Assembly (NCBI GenBank): GCA_003345545.1 | Contig: PRDH01000039.1 | Span: forward strand, 64,001 to 128,000 | Source: Candidatus Thorarchaeota archaeon | Lineage (GTDB): Archaea > Asgardarchaeota > Thorarchaeia > Thorarchaeales > Thorarchaeaceae | Direction: 5' to 3' | DNA length: 64,000 nucleotides | Shown: piece by piece, positions 9,478-18,705 of the stretch | Layout: every line of letters begins with the position of its first letter | Numbering within the stretch: position 1 is the stretch's first letter | The notes under the pieces: generated by a model | Database searches by the model: none | Told to the model about the DNA's origin: nothing | The model's input: the letters and a program-made list of their open reading frames with translations, nothing else | Position numbers and translations under genes: made by a program

Positions 9478-10233
9478 TCATCTGAACATGTCTTCATTCT
9501 TAGGTCTGACAATGTCCTTCGCAGAATCATCATCTTTCAGGAATGCGTAGCCCCTGATGATGACTGCAGGAATCCCTTGTCCAGCTTGTCCCATCAACGG
9601 CTCGGCAAGTGAAGCTATCTCATCCACCTGACAAACAGTGGAACGTTGCAGGATTCTGCCATAGAGGTCACTTCTCCCCTTGTTATACTTGAACGGAGCA
9701 ATGCCTGCACAGCCAACAGCAATATTCACAGAGCCTCTTCGCCAAGGCCTTCCCTGAGTATCTGAGATGATGACCGCTAAACGCTTTCCTGACTCTCTCT
9801 CCATATTTCCCAGTAGCTTCCTTGCAGATGCATCGGGGTCTGCCGGCAGGAGAATATAGGTTCCCTTGGGAGCATTAGATCTGTCTACCCCACTAAAGTT
9901 GCATACTATCCCTGAGCGAGTTTCAGTGATTAGAACTCCTTTGCTTCTTATGACCTCGTTGCTCTCTCTGAGGGCAAGTTCCACCTGAACTGGGTCAAAG
10001 TTATTGTCATTAGCAATCTCTCTTGCCCGAGCAGAGATCTCCACAGACTCTCCAATGATCACTCTCCCCTCAGCCTTTGACACAATCTTCGACGCTACAA
10101 CGATGATATCGCCATCTTCGAGTCTGATTTCGAGTTCCCCAAGAGCTTCGAGTATCCGTCTGGATATGCTATCGCCGCTCCTGATACTCGGTATATTGGG
10201 TATGCCAATTGCATGAACACCTTGATGCGACAT
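9478..10233 (-). CDS. cofE: Coenzyme F420-0:L-glutamate ligase
   Basis: GDIIVVASKIVSKAEGR, GVDRSN, LPADPDASA, IISDTQGRPWRRG and DEIAS motifs. Confidence 0.94.
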   Translation of the reverse strand: MSHQGVHAIGIPNIPSIRSGDSISRRILEALGELEIRLEDGDIIVVASKIVSKAEGRVIIGESVEISARAREIANDNNFDPVQVELALRESNEVIRSKGVLITETRSGIVCNFSGVDRSNAPKGTYILLPADPDASARKLLGNMERESGKRLAVIISDTQGRPWRRGSVNIAVGCAGIAPFKYNKGRSDLYGRILQRSTVCQVDEIASLAEPLMGQAGQGIPAVIIRGYAFLKDDDSAKDIVRPKNEDMFR

Positions 10234-10571
10234 TGTCCCAGTCTCTCATACCTCCTACTCATAAACATCTTTCTTCAATGCGAATCGAATTGCGTTTTCC
10301 TGCTAGTTTCTCCATTCTCATTGGTTGCTGCGGATACACATTACGGTACAGAAGGATTGGCTTCATGGACATAGTAGGCTCTAATGGATCCATCAACGTA
10401 GAGAAGAGGAGTTTGAAGGCATTAGCGACGGGAAAGAATAATATGCAATAGAAATCACTTCGAGAACACAGTCAAGATGCGCAAAGCATGTTGAAGCAGG
10501 GAAAGATTATCAACCGGATGCGAATTCAAGTATTGAGTCACAGCTGACGGTTTCTTGTGGAGTGACAGAAA

Positions 10572-12590
10572 TTGAGTCCTAATGAAGATGCGAGTCCAGA
10601 CAAAGAATCTAAACCAAAGCCAACTCCAACAGCAAGCCCAGTCGCAGGTGTAGGCGATATCAAGGAGGGAACAATTGCAAAGTTCATGCGCAAGAGGACT
10701 CAACTGGTTGGCTTTGAAACAGGTCTGAACAAGCACACTCAGTATTCTATTGAGTTTCTGGACAATGCCATCGATGCACTGGAGTCATGGTGGTGGAAGT
10801 CAAAGAAACGTCCTCGCCTCGCAGATAGACTGGAGCCTGAGATTATTGAGGAAGTCAAGAAGAAGCTTTCAGAGGGCTTGATCGACACAATTGCACTCAG
10901 CAAGCAACTTGAGAAAGACGTTCGAGCGGGAAAAGAAGTTCAACTTCCACCCAGGAAAAAGGAGACTCTTGAGGAGCGCATCACTGAGTTCAGAAAATTC
11001 GTTACACCCCTTCGAACTCTCATCACCAAGCGCGAGCCGCTGGTCGTCATGCAGATAACGGAAGTGCAGATGCCCGATCTCATCCCTATTGATGACGAGG
11101 AGGGTTTCAAGGTTTATGAATTCACCTGCTTTGATACTGGCGTGGGAATGGTTCCAGCAGACCTAGAGAAGTTCGGAATGTATCTGGCGTCGAGCAAGTC
11201 AGAAAAACTACGGCAGACAAGGGGAAGTCAGGGCTTTGGAGCTCCCTCTGCTTTCAGTGATGCCCAGAACACCACTGGCAAGCCGATATTTGCAGTCACC
11301 AAATGCTATACTTCTGAGCTTGCCACTGCGAGCAGCTTCTATACTACAACAGCGAATACCAAGGACTATGTTGGCGGACCGATAGACATGGATTTGCCAT
11401 TCAATCATGGCACTTATATCAGGCTCTACTATTTGAATATACAGTATCGAAGGGGCTATTCTGATATCTACGTAGAGATGGCATCCCTCCTGAACTCACA
11501 TGTGACGATCATCCTCATAGACCCGTATGGTGAGGTTCGTATCTATCCAAGAAGAGTCGCCAAATTCCCCGATGAACCAAAGTATGCGCAGCCCCACCCT
11601 GCGAGTATCAGAATCGGCGAGTTTCAAGATCTTCTTAGAGAGACTCCAGAATCTGATCTCAGAGGCTTCCTCACAAAGGCCTTCTGCCGTCTGAGCCCGA
11701 ACAAAGCGAAGACCATAGTCGATGAAGCAAGTAAAGAGCTGCGTAAGCGACATCTTGAACCCATAACTCTTCAGACACCTGCAGACTCACTGTCGAAGAC
11801 CGAAGTAGAGCTTCTCTATCGCGCGTTCTCCAGTGAAGAGTACATTGCCCCACCTACTGACACTGTTGTCACAGTAGGGGAGGAGGTTTTTGAACGGACG
11901 ATTATGGAAGCATACAAACCAGATTTCGCAGCAGCAGTGACCAGAAAACCTACATCGGGAAAAGGTCTGTCGTTCGCAGTTGAGGCGTGTATTGGTTATG
12001 GTGGCGAGATAAAACCCGCATCATCTGCTCCGATGGTACTCTGGAGGTTTGTCAATAGGGTTCCAAAACTGAGAGATAACAGCGACTGCGCTACTTGGAA
12101 GGCGTCGGCACAGGTCAACTGGAGGAACTACAAGGTTCAAACCTTTGATAACGGGATACCTCGTGGTCCAATAATGGTCTTCATTCATGTCTGCGGAGCC
12201 TATGTGCATGTGATGTTCAAGGGTCAATCGAAGCAGGCTCTGGCAGAGGATGAGGTGCTCATTCGAGAGATCAAACTGGCTCTAGAAGATGCAGGTCGGA
12301 AGTTCCGAAGATTCATCACAAGAAGAGAAACAGATCGGAGAAAGGCAAAGCGTGCAGGTATTCTTGCTATGTACGCCGACCAGTTTGCAGAGAGTCTGGT
12401 GTACATCGCCAATGATGGAAGGAAGAAGCCCCTCTTTGACGCTGAAACAATTGCGGGCCGAATCCGCGACTCCATCTCAGGCTTTGAAACTGAGGGAGAG
12501 GAAGACGAGTCTGAAGTAGGAGTGGAGGAGTCTGAACTTATCGCAGATCCGACCACTGATGATCTGGATTTCGATGACATAGGGAGTTGA
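10572..12590 (+). CDS. top6B: DNA topoisomerase VI subunit B
   Basis: GHKL motifs EFLDNAIDA, DTGVGM, SSK...QTRGSQGFG and HGT; PHP; RFVNRVP; FKGQSK; located directly upstream of top6A. Confidence 0.93.
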   Translation: MSPNEDASPDKESKPKPTPTASPVAGVGDIKEGTIAKFMRKRTQLVGFETGLNKHTQYSIEFLDNAIDALESWWWKSKKRPRLADRLEPEIIEEVKKKLSEGLIDTIALSKQLEKDVRAGKEVQLPPRKKETLEERITEFRKFVTPLRTLITKREPLVVMQITEVQMPDLIPIDDEEGFKVYEFTCFDTGVGMVPADLEKFGMYLASSKSEKLRQTRGSQGFGAPSAFSDAQNTTGKPIFAVTKCYTSELATASSFYTTTANTKDYVGGPIDMDLPFNHGTYIRLYYLNIQYRRGYSDIYVEMASLLNSHVTIILIDPYGEVRIYPRRVAKFPDEPKYAQPHPASIRIGEFQDLLRETPESDLRGFLTKAFCRLSPNKAKTIVDEASKELRKRHLEPITLQTPADSLSKTEVELLYRAFSSEEYIAPPTDTVVTVGEEVFERTIMEAYKPDFAAAVTRKPTSGKGLSFAVEACIGYGGEIKPASSAPMVLWRFVNRVPKLRDNSDCATWKASAQVNWRNYKVQTFDNGIPRGPIMVFIHVCGAYVHVMFKGQSKQALAEDEVLIREIKLALEDAGRKFRRFITRRETDRRKAKRAGILAMYADQFAESLVYIANDGRKKPLFDAETIAGRIRDSISGFETEGEEDESEVGVEESELIADPTTDDLDFDDIGS

Positions 12591-14809
12591 GATTCTTGAG
12601 CGGAAAAAAGAAGACTAAGAAAGAACCGGAAATTGTGCAATCAACTCTTGGCGACCTCATTGAGGCAAAAACACAGAAGAAAACCACCTCAAAGAAGAAA
12701 TCAGAATCAAAGCCTCAGAAGAAAGCCGCATCAAAGAAGAAAACGGAATCAAAGCCTCGAAAGAAAGCCGCATCGAAGAAGAAGCCAGACGCAAAGCCTC
12801 AGAAAGAACGGAAACCATCTTCTAAGAAGACAAAACCAACCTCTACGAAAAGCACCAAGGCTCCGAAAAAACAAACGAAAAGTAAGACCGAGCAGAAGAA
12901 AGAAACTCCTGCAACCAAGAAAGACACCACCGAGATATCTCTGCAGATGCTACCCGGCATCGGACCGAAGCTCGCGGAGCGTCTCACAGCAGCTGGTTAT
13001 GGTTCAGTAGAACATCTGTCAAGAGCTCGTCCGGACTCACTCTCAAAGAAGGTTGATGGTCTAAGTAGTGCTGGAGCCAGCAGTCTAACTTCCGCCGCGA
13101 AAGACCTTTTGCGTAGGACGGAAACAAAGAGTCAGCCAACTGAAGAGGCTCCTCTGGATGAAGTTGCGGCATCTGAAATCCCTGAATCGAAGTTGAAGCT
13201 CACTGACATACCAGGGGTCGGAACAAAGCTAGCGCTATCTCTTGAGAGAGCAGGCTATACTTCGGTAGCTAGACTTTCACGCTCCCGCCCTGATGCTGTT
13301 GCAGCCAAAGTGGATGGCCTTAGCATAGCGAGCGCGACAAAGCTAGTTGCATCCGCCAAAGAACTTGAGCACGAGGAAGAGGTCGAGAGAATCATTGGTG
13401 AACCTGCTCCGATCATCGTTGCAGGAAAGGAAGACACAACGATAGCCAAGAAACAGGTAGAAACACCTGTGGAGAAGCCCATGGAGCAACCCAAGAAAAC
13501 AAAAGAAAAAGCTTCCAAGAAGAAGGAAAAGCCAGTAGAGGTTCCCATCAAGAAGAGAGCCAAGAAGGCTGCTGCTCCGCCCAAGAAGAAACCAAAACCC
13601 ATCAAGAAGAAATCTAACTTGAAGGTCTCTCCTGCCATCATTAAACTCGCTGCGGAGATGAAACAAAACTGGGCTGAAGCGGAGAGGACGGCAATGGAAC
13701 CCAAGTCGGAGGGAGAAATTGCACTAGCAGAGACTGTCGAGGTCATCAACCTGACAGCTGAAGACACAACTGACCGGTTGGTGGAAGCTGCTCTTGATGT
13801 CCTGAATGAAACAATGATGACGGGTCGTCCAGCATTTGAAATACCTAGTAGGAGCGGAGACAACATCGTGTGGGATGAGGTTCGCGACTTGCTTCTGCTG
13901 GGAATGCGTACGATCTCACGGCCATATCACTCTCTCGCATCAGTCGTTGACGCCACGCGTACTGCCAGAGTCATGGAGATTGTCTTCAATCTCCTGAAGG
14001 CGAATCTGCATGCAACGAAAAGAGAGATCTATTACAGTGATGTCAATCTATTCAGAGATCAAAAATACAGTGACAAGATCATCGAAGATGTAGCGTCAAT
14101 GCTGCAGACAACTCGTGATAGCGTACACATAGTTGCATCAGCTCGTGGCTCAGCAATGGGCAGAGTCACTATACGCGATGGCGGCGATGTTATTGATCTA
14201 ACCAAGATGGGAACTGGCGGTTGGGCTGTGACACCCTTCCTTGACCAACTGGAAATAATCGAGAGTGACGCAGAGTTTATTCTCTTGTCAGAGAAGGATG
14301 CAGCTGTCATGCGGTTGGCAGAGGCAAAGTATTGGAATCGTCAACCTTGCATAGTCATCACAGGAAAAGGTTCTGGGGACATTGCTACTAGGGCTTTTCT
14401 GAAAATGCTCGTGAAAGAACTAGAGATACCTGCGTTCTCTCTGGTGGACTCTGATCCCTATGGGCACTACATCTATTCTGTCTTCCTCAGAGGAAGCAAG
14501 CGGCTCAGCTATGAGTCTCCCTTCATTGCCACACCAGAACTCAAATTGCTGGGAGTCCTCAGCAGAGATTTGGACGAGTACAAGATTCCCAAATCAGTCA
14601 GAATCCCAATGCAGCCTGCCGATGTCAAGCGTGTCAAAGATATGTTGAAGGAACCATTTGTCCAGCGCAACAAACCTTGGGTTGAGGATCTTCAGTTGAT
14701 GCTCAGGATAAAGGAGAAGGCCGAGATACAAGCGTTCGCCAGCCATTCGTTCGAATACCTGACTGATGAGTACCTACCTAGGAAACTCGACACCGGCGAC
14801 TGGATCTAG
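12587..14809 (+). CDS. top6A: DNA topoisomerase VI subunit A (Spo11 family) with a long Lys-rich and tandem HhH N-terminal extension
   Basis: TKREIYY catalytic Tyr, TOPRIM EKDA, TGKG..D..TR, DSDPYG and KAEIQA. About 380 extra N-terminal residues. Confidence 0.93.
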   Translation: MRFLSGKKKTKKEPEIVQSTLGDLIEAKTQKKTTSKKKSESKPQKKAASKKKTESKPRKKAASKKKPDAKPQKERKPSSKKTKPTSTKSTKAPKKQTKSKTEQKKETPATKKDTTEISLQMLPGIGPKLAERLTAAGYGSVEHLSRARPDSLSKKVDGLSSAGASSLTSAAKDLLRRTETKSQPTEEAPLDEVAASEIPESKLKLTDIPGVGTKLALSLERAGYTSVARLSRSRPDAVAAKVDGLSIASATKLVASAKELEHEEEVERIIGEPAPIIVAGKEDTTIAKKQVETPVEKPMEQPKKTKEKASKKKEKPVEVPIKKRAKKAAAPPKKKPKPIKKKSNLKVSPAIIKLAAEMKQNWAEAERTAMEPKSEGEIALAETVEVINLTAEDTTDRLVEAALDVLNETMMTGRPAFEIPSRSGDNIVWDEVRDLLLLGMRTISRPYHSLASVVDATRTARVMEIVFNLLKANLHATKREIYYSDVNLFRDQKYSDKIIEDVASMLQTTRDSVHIVASARGSAMGRVTIRDGGDVIDLTKMGTGGWAVTPFLDQLEIIESDAEFILLSEKDAAVMRLAEAKYWNRQPCIVITGKGSGDIATRAFLKMLVKELEIPAFSLVDSDPYGHYIYSVFLRGSKRLSYESPFIATPELKLLGVLSRDLDEYKIPKSVRIPMQPADVKRVKDMLKEPFVQRNKPWVEDLQLMLRIKEKAEIQAFASHSFEYLTDEYLPRKLDTGDWI
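12704..12805 (+). repeat. 42-bp tandem repeat (~2.5 copies) encoding ESKPxKKAASKKKx
   Basis: GAATCAAAGCCTC starts at 12704 and 12746; a degenerate GACGCAAAGCCTC starts at 12788. Confidence 0.85.
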
Positions 14810-15015
14810 TAGTGGTCATAGTTCAGTTCTTGTTGCCACTGTGCTTCCCGGTCCGTGAACTGCTGCGTCCCAGAAATGGACGAGAACGAAAGATGGTCAC
14901 ATCAAATACCATCAATAAGCTCTCAACTATGCCTTAGTGAGAGTGATATCGACCTCATCTCTCGTGGAAAAACCTCGAGGCTGACCCGATTCAAACCACG
15001 GTAATGTCTTGCCAA

Positions 15016-16221
15016 TCAAGCCTTTCGGATTTTTCTATCTAGAATCTTCAAGCGCTTTGTATCCTCGCCCTCACGATACTTTGCTGCTGACTCCTGGTAC
15101 TTCGCAAGAGCATCTCTTGTTTCACCGGCTTTTGCAAGACGGTCTCCCTCATCCTCAAGAGACTTCCCCCAAGCTAAATAGGCGTCACGAGCTCGTTCAG
15201 CACATCGAGCTCGTTTCTTTGCATCAGTAGTAAACATATAGAGTTCTCGAGCTTTCTTGAACTGAACTACTGCCCACTCAAACTCACCTTCCTTTAGGTG
15301 ATTCTCTGCTTGCTCGTAATGAAACCTTGCCATATCGTCGTAGCCAACATCGATTCTCTTGGTGGCTTCTGCAAGGTTCTTCTCATTTCCTGATTTCTCA
15401 AACAGCAACTTTGCCATTTCGAAGTTCTCAATCGCTGCTTCGTGTTCGTTCTCTTGTAGGAGTCGATCTCCGTTCTCTACCCTTGCTTTTCCCAGTGCAT
15501 CAAAGACATATTGTGGGTATTCAAAGCCATCAGATGTTGGTATGTTTCCGCACGTTAGGCAAACCGGAGTTCCGAGTTCACCAAGAGGCTTCTTGAGCGA
15601 GATTCTTTCTGGTTTTCCGACGACCACATCAATGAAACTTGGACTTGTACTGCCTCTTCCCTCGGGGAATAAGTGCGCAACTGCATCCCTTGTAGCGTCA
15701 TCCCTTACTTCAGGAAAGAGATGAACCAACGCTTCATCAGTAGTGACCGCGATAGCATGAGCTTCGGCGAATACTCTTGGGGGCTCAATCTCCTTGAAGG
15801 GCATACCTTCCTTTATCTCTTCGACGCCCTCTTCCCAAGAGAGTTCACTTGGTGCTTTGCTGCTCTCTACTTCAAATGCAGGCGCCGGTGTAGTGACAGG
15901 GCTTAGTTCTCCTTCAGCTTCCGGGAGTTTCTCATCAGCAGGCAGCCCTGGCAATTCATCATCCCAACTTAGCTTCTCCGCAGAGCTTGATTCGGTGGAT
16001 TCAGGCAGAGATTGTCCGGCAATAGGTTCTAGTTCTGGGATATCTTCTAATCCTGATTCTTCAACAGCAGGCAGAACATCATCTACTCTATCCGAGAGTT
16101 GCGCCTCTGGAATCTGCTCAGGGAGGAGATTCTCTGGAATCTTATTCCCACACTTTAGGCAGAAAGTCGAACCTCTTCTCAGTTTTGCACCGCATTTAGG
16201 GCATTTTACGTGTTCTGACAT
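15016..16221 (-). CDS. Zinc-ribbon protein with acidic linker and TPR/SNAP-like helical repeats
   Basis: CPKCG...FCLKCG; Glu/Pro-rich linker; CLTCG; three repeats of the type G/A-D/E..L...E.E.A...F..A..LY/F. Confidence 0.7.
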   Translation of the reverse strand: MSEHVKCPKCGAKLRRGSTFCLKCGNKIPENLLPEQIPEAQLSDRVDDVLPAVEESGLEDIPELEPIAGQSLPESTESSSAEKLSWDDELPGLPADEKLPEAEGELSPVTTPAPAFEVESSKAPSELSWEEGVEEIKEGMPFKEIEPPRVFAEAHAIAVTTDEALVHLFPEVRDDATRDAVAHLFPEGRGSTSPSFIDVVVGKPERISLKKPLGELGTPVCLTCGNIPTSDGFEYPQYVFDALGKARVENGDRLLQENEHEAAIENFEMAKLLFEKSGNEKNLAEATKRIDVGYDDMARFHYEQAENHLKEGEFEWAVVQFKKARELYMFTTDAKKRARCAERARDAYLAWGKSLEDEGDRLAKAGETRDALAKYQESAAKYREGEDTKRLKILDRKIRKA

Positions 16222-16336
16222 TAGTTGAACCACTTCAAGTTCTACTTTGTTTTAGCCTTAACACATTGGGAAAGATGCTGTAATTCTCTCGGGTTTCCAT
16301 ATGAACGCTTTTCGTACGGCATCGAGGAACTACACG

Positions 16337-16960
16337 TCAGCTGATGTAAACAAACGGATAGGTCAACGCAGTTATGATCACTCCCAAGAAGACCCCACTG
16401 ATTGATTGGATCATGGAATGCTGCTGCAAGACTGTTCTAGCCCATATGACCAGTATCCAGAGCAAGATCACAGGAGTCGCTATTGCTCCGAAGACGTATA
16501 TCAGTGCAGTTCCAGGTCCACCCACTCCAGCGCAATGCACAGAGACCTTTGTCCTCAGGCTGACAATTGTTACGCCCAAAGTCACAGTGAAATAGGCTGC
16601 GGCCAAAGCACTCATGACAGTACAGCTGTAGAGATGATACAGTATGAATGCCAGTACATAGCAGAGCAATGAAAAAAGAAAGAACTTGGTTCTGCTCTCC
16701 CGCTGAGACACATCCAGATCGATATTGCCTCTTGCCGCCTCAAAGATGATTGGTGAGATAGGCAAAACGACCATGAAGATGATACATAGCAGAAGTGATG
16801 TTGTTGGCGTCAGAGTCGACCCAAGACCTATCGGAGAATACCACGAAAAGATAATACCAACATAGAGGTTGATGAGCGGCGCTGGGGTCAATCTTGACAC
16901 AATGCGAGCAGCAGTGATTCTTCTTCCATGAAGCTCAATAAGCTCGTCTCCATATTTCAA
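16337..16960 (-). CDS. PAP2-like membrane protein
   Basis: About 6-7 TM segments with KVSVHCAG and WARTVLQQHS..Q...G motifs. Confidence 0.65.
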   Translation of the reverse strand: MKYGDELIELHGRRITAARIVSRLTPAPLINLYVGIIFSWYSPIGLGSTLTPTTSLLLCIIFMVVLPISPIIFEAARGNIDLDVSQRESRTKFFLFSLLCYVLAFILYHLYSCTVMSALAAAYFTVTLGVTIVSLRTKVSVHCAGVGGPGTALIYVFGAIATPVILLWILVIWARTVLQQHSMIQSISGVFLGVIITALTYPFVYIS

Positions 16961-17159
16961 GGATTCATTTCTCCGGATGGAAGTGCACCAGAAGCATTAG
17001 ACTTTTCATCTTTTCCCCTGAAATCATCCTTCTGATGAGCATTCCGTTTTACCTTAACTGGTCACTAATGGGCGGAACATATGACAACAAACCTTTTCTT
17101 TGTCATCTGCCACGTTTTCTTCCAAGAGAACCACAGAATCCGCTAGGATGTGCGACATA

Positions 17160-17468
17160 ATGCCAGCAATGCCAAAGCGAGAGATATTCGAGAGAATCAT
17201 CCAAAACATTACGAGCAAGTTTCCTGACGTTTACGCAGCACTATTCATCAGTCCTGAGGGATTTCCTATCAATACTTGGGGCGTTTCATTAGAACGAGCT
17301 GAGGAAATCTCAGCGTTACTAAGCTCCTTGATTGGTAAGACATTGGAGATAGTCAAGGGAGTTAAGGAAGGGGGTCTGCTGTCCTTCATCCAGATTCAGA
17401 CGAATATGGGCGGCATACGAATCGCACCTCAAGAGGAGTTCATCTTGGTCACGTTGACCAAGACATAG
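17160..17468 (+). CDS. Roadblock/LC7 domain protein
   Basis: AALFISPEGFPI...ISALLSSL...FIQIQTNMGGIRIAP...FILVTL pattern; start uncertain. Confidence 0.8.
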   Translation: MPAMPKREIFERIIQNITSKFPDVYAALFISPEGFPINTWGVSLERAEEISALLSSLIGKTLEIVKGVKEGGLLSFIQIQTNMGGIRIAPQEEFILVTLTKT

Positions 17469-17599
17469 ATGGACCATCAGTCGGAAAGCAGTTGCATATC
17501 ACTCGGAAAGTCCACTAGTGCTATTTTTATACTCTGTGAATCGATTACTGCATGTCCACGAGCAGATGCAATGTTGAGCATCTGAGGGAGGCCTTCATA

Positions 17600-18661
17600 G
17601 TGTCACCAAAGAAGACAGATGTCGAAGATACAGAGGATACAGAGGATACAGAAGATTACGAGGAATTCGAAGGTGGAGTCAGCGAATCTGGCGAAGCCGC
17701 AGAGGTAGGGAGCGAGTCCGTCGCAGGAGTAAATGTCACCGATCTGCCTGGCGTCGGCCCTGCCATAGGCAAGCGGCTTGCTGAGTCTGGGTACAAGAGT
17801 GTTGAAGCAATAGCCGTGGCTTCTCCAAGTGAGTTAGCGGCGGCCGGGTCGATTGGCGAAACAACAGCGACCAAGATAATCAAGGCTGCCCGTGAGATGT
17901 TAGATATCGGTTTTGAAACCGCAGATTTGCTACTTGAGAGGCGCAAGATTGCAGGTCGAATCTCGACTGGTTCAAAGGCTCTGGATGACATGTTCGGTGG
18001 AGGTCTTGAAACCCAATCGATTACCGAAATGTATGGCTCTTTCAGGTCTGGGAAGACCCAGATTGCGCACCAACTGGCTGTAATGGTTCAGCGACCACCT
18101 GGCTCTGGCGGTCTCAGTGCCACTGCCATCTATGTTGATACAGAGGGGACATTCCGACCAGAACGTCTTGTGGATATGGCTGAAGCGCTGGGAATGGACG
18201 TTGCCAAGGTACTGAAGGGTGTCGTCTGGGCTCGTGCGTATAACTCGGACCATCAAATCCTGCTATGTGATCAGGCAATGGAGATGGCACCTGATACAAA
18301 TGCCAAGCTCCTAGTCATTGACTCTGTTACGAGTCATTTTCGTGCGGAATACACGGGCAGAGGTACCTTGGCTGCAAGGCAGCAAAAACTGAACAAGCAC
18401 CTCCACCATCTGCAGAGAGGCGCTGAGATCAATAATATGGCTGTCTACATAACCAACCAAGTAATGGCACGACCTGATGCATTCTTTGGCGATCCCACAG
18501 CTCCTGTCGGTGGCCATGTTCTTGCTCATGTCCCGCAGACAAGATGCTATTTGCGAAAATCCAAGGGCGAACGTAGGATATGTCGGCTGGTAGACTCTCC
18601 GAATCTCCCTGAAGGCGAGGCTGTATTCACGGTCGTCAAAGATGGCATTCGTGACGTCTAG
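17600..18661 (+). CDS. radA: DNA repair and recombination protein RadA
   Basis: N-terminal HhH domain, GFETA polymerisation motif, Walker A GSFRSGKTQ, DTEGTFRPER, VIDS, RQQKL and DSPNLPEGE. GTG start after GGAGG. Confidence 0.96.
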   Translation: MSPKKTDVEDTEDTEDTEDYEEFEGGVSESGEAAEVGSESVAGVNVTDLPGVGPAIGKRLAESGYKSVEAIAVASPSELAAAGSIGETTATKIIKAAREMLDIGFETADLLLERRKIAGRISTGSKALDDMFGGGLETQSITEMYGSFRSGKTQIAHQLAVMVQRPPGSGGLSATAIYVDTEGTFRPERLVDMAEALGMDVAKVLKGVVWARAYNSDHQILLCDQAMEMAPDTNAKLLVIDSVTSHFRAEYTGRGTLAARQQKLNKHLHHLQRGAEINNMAVYITNQVMARPDAFFGDPTAPVGGHVLAHVPQTRCYLRKSKGERRICRLVDSPNLPEGEAVFTVVKDGIRDV

Positions 18662-18680
18662 GTTGATCTTACGTAGAGAT

Positions 18681-18699
18681 GGATGGTTTCCGACCATCC
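18681..18699. terminator. Hairpin between the convergent radA and GGR genes
   Basis: GGATGGT-TTCCG-ACCATCC. Confidence 0.45.
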
Positions 18700-18705
18700 T
18701 GCCTC

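Noticed and set aside
10234-10571. cofE/top6B intergenic region as ncRNA or small gene
   Set aside because: No convincing nested structure or coding signal; consistent with divergent promoters and UTRs.
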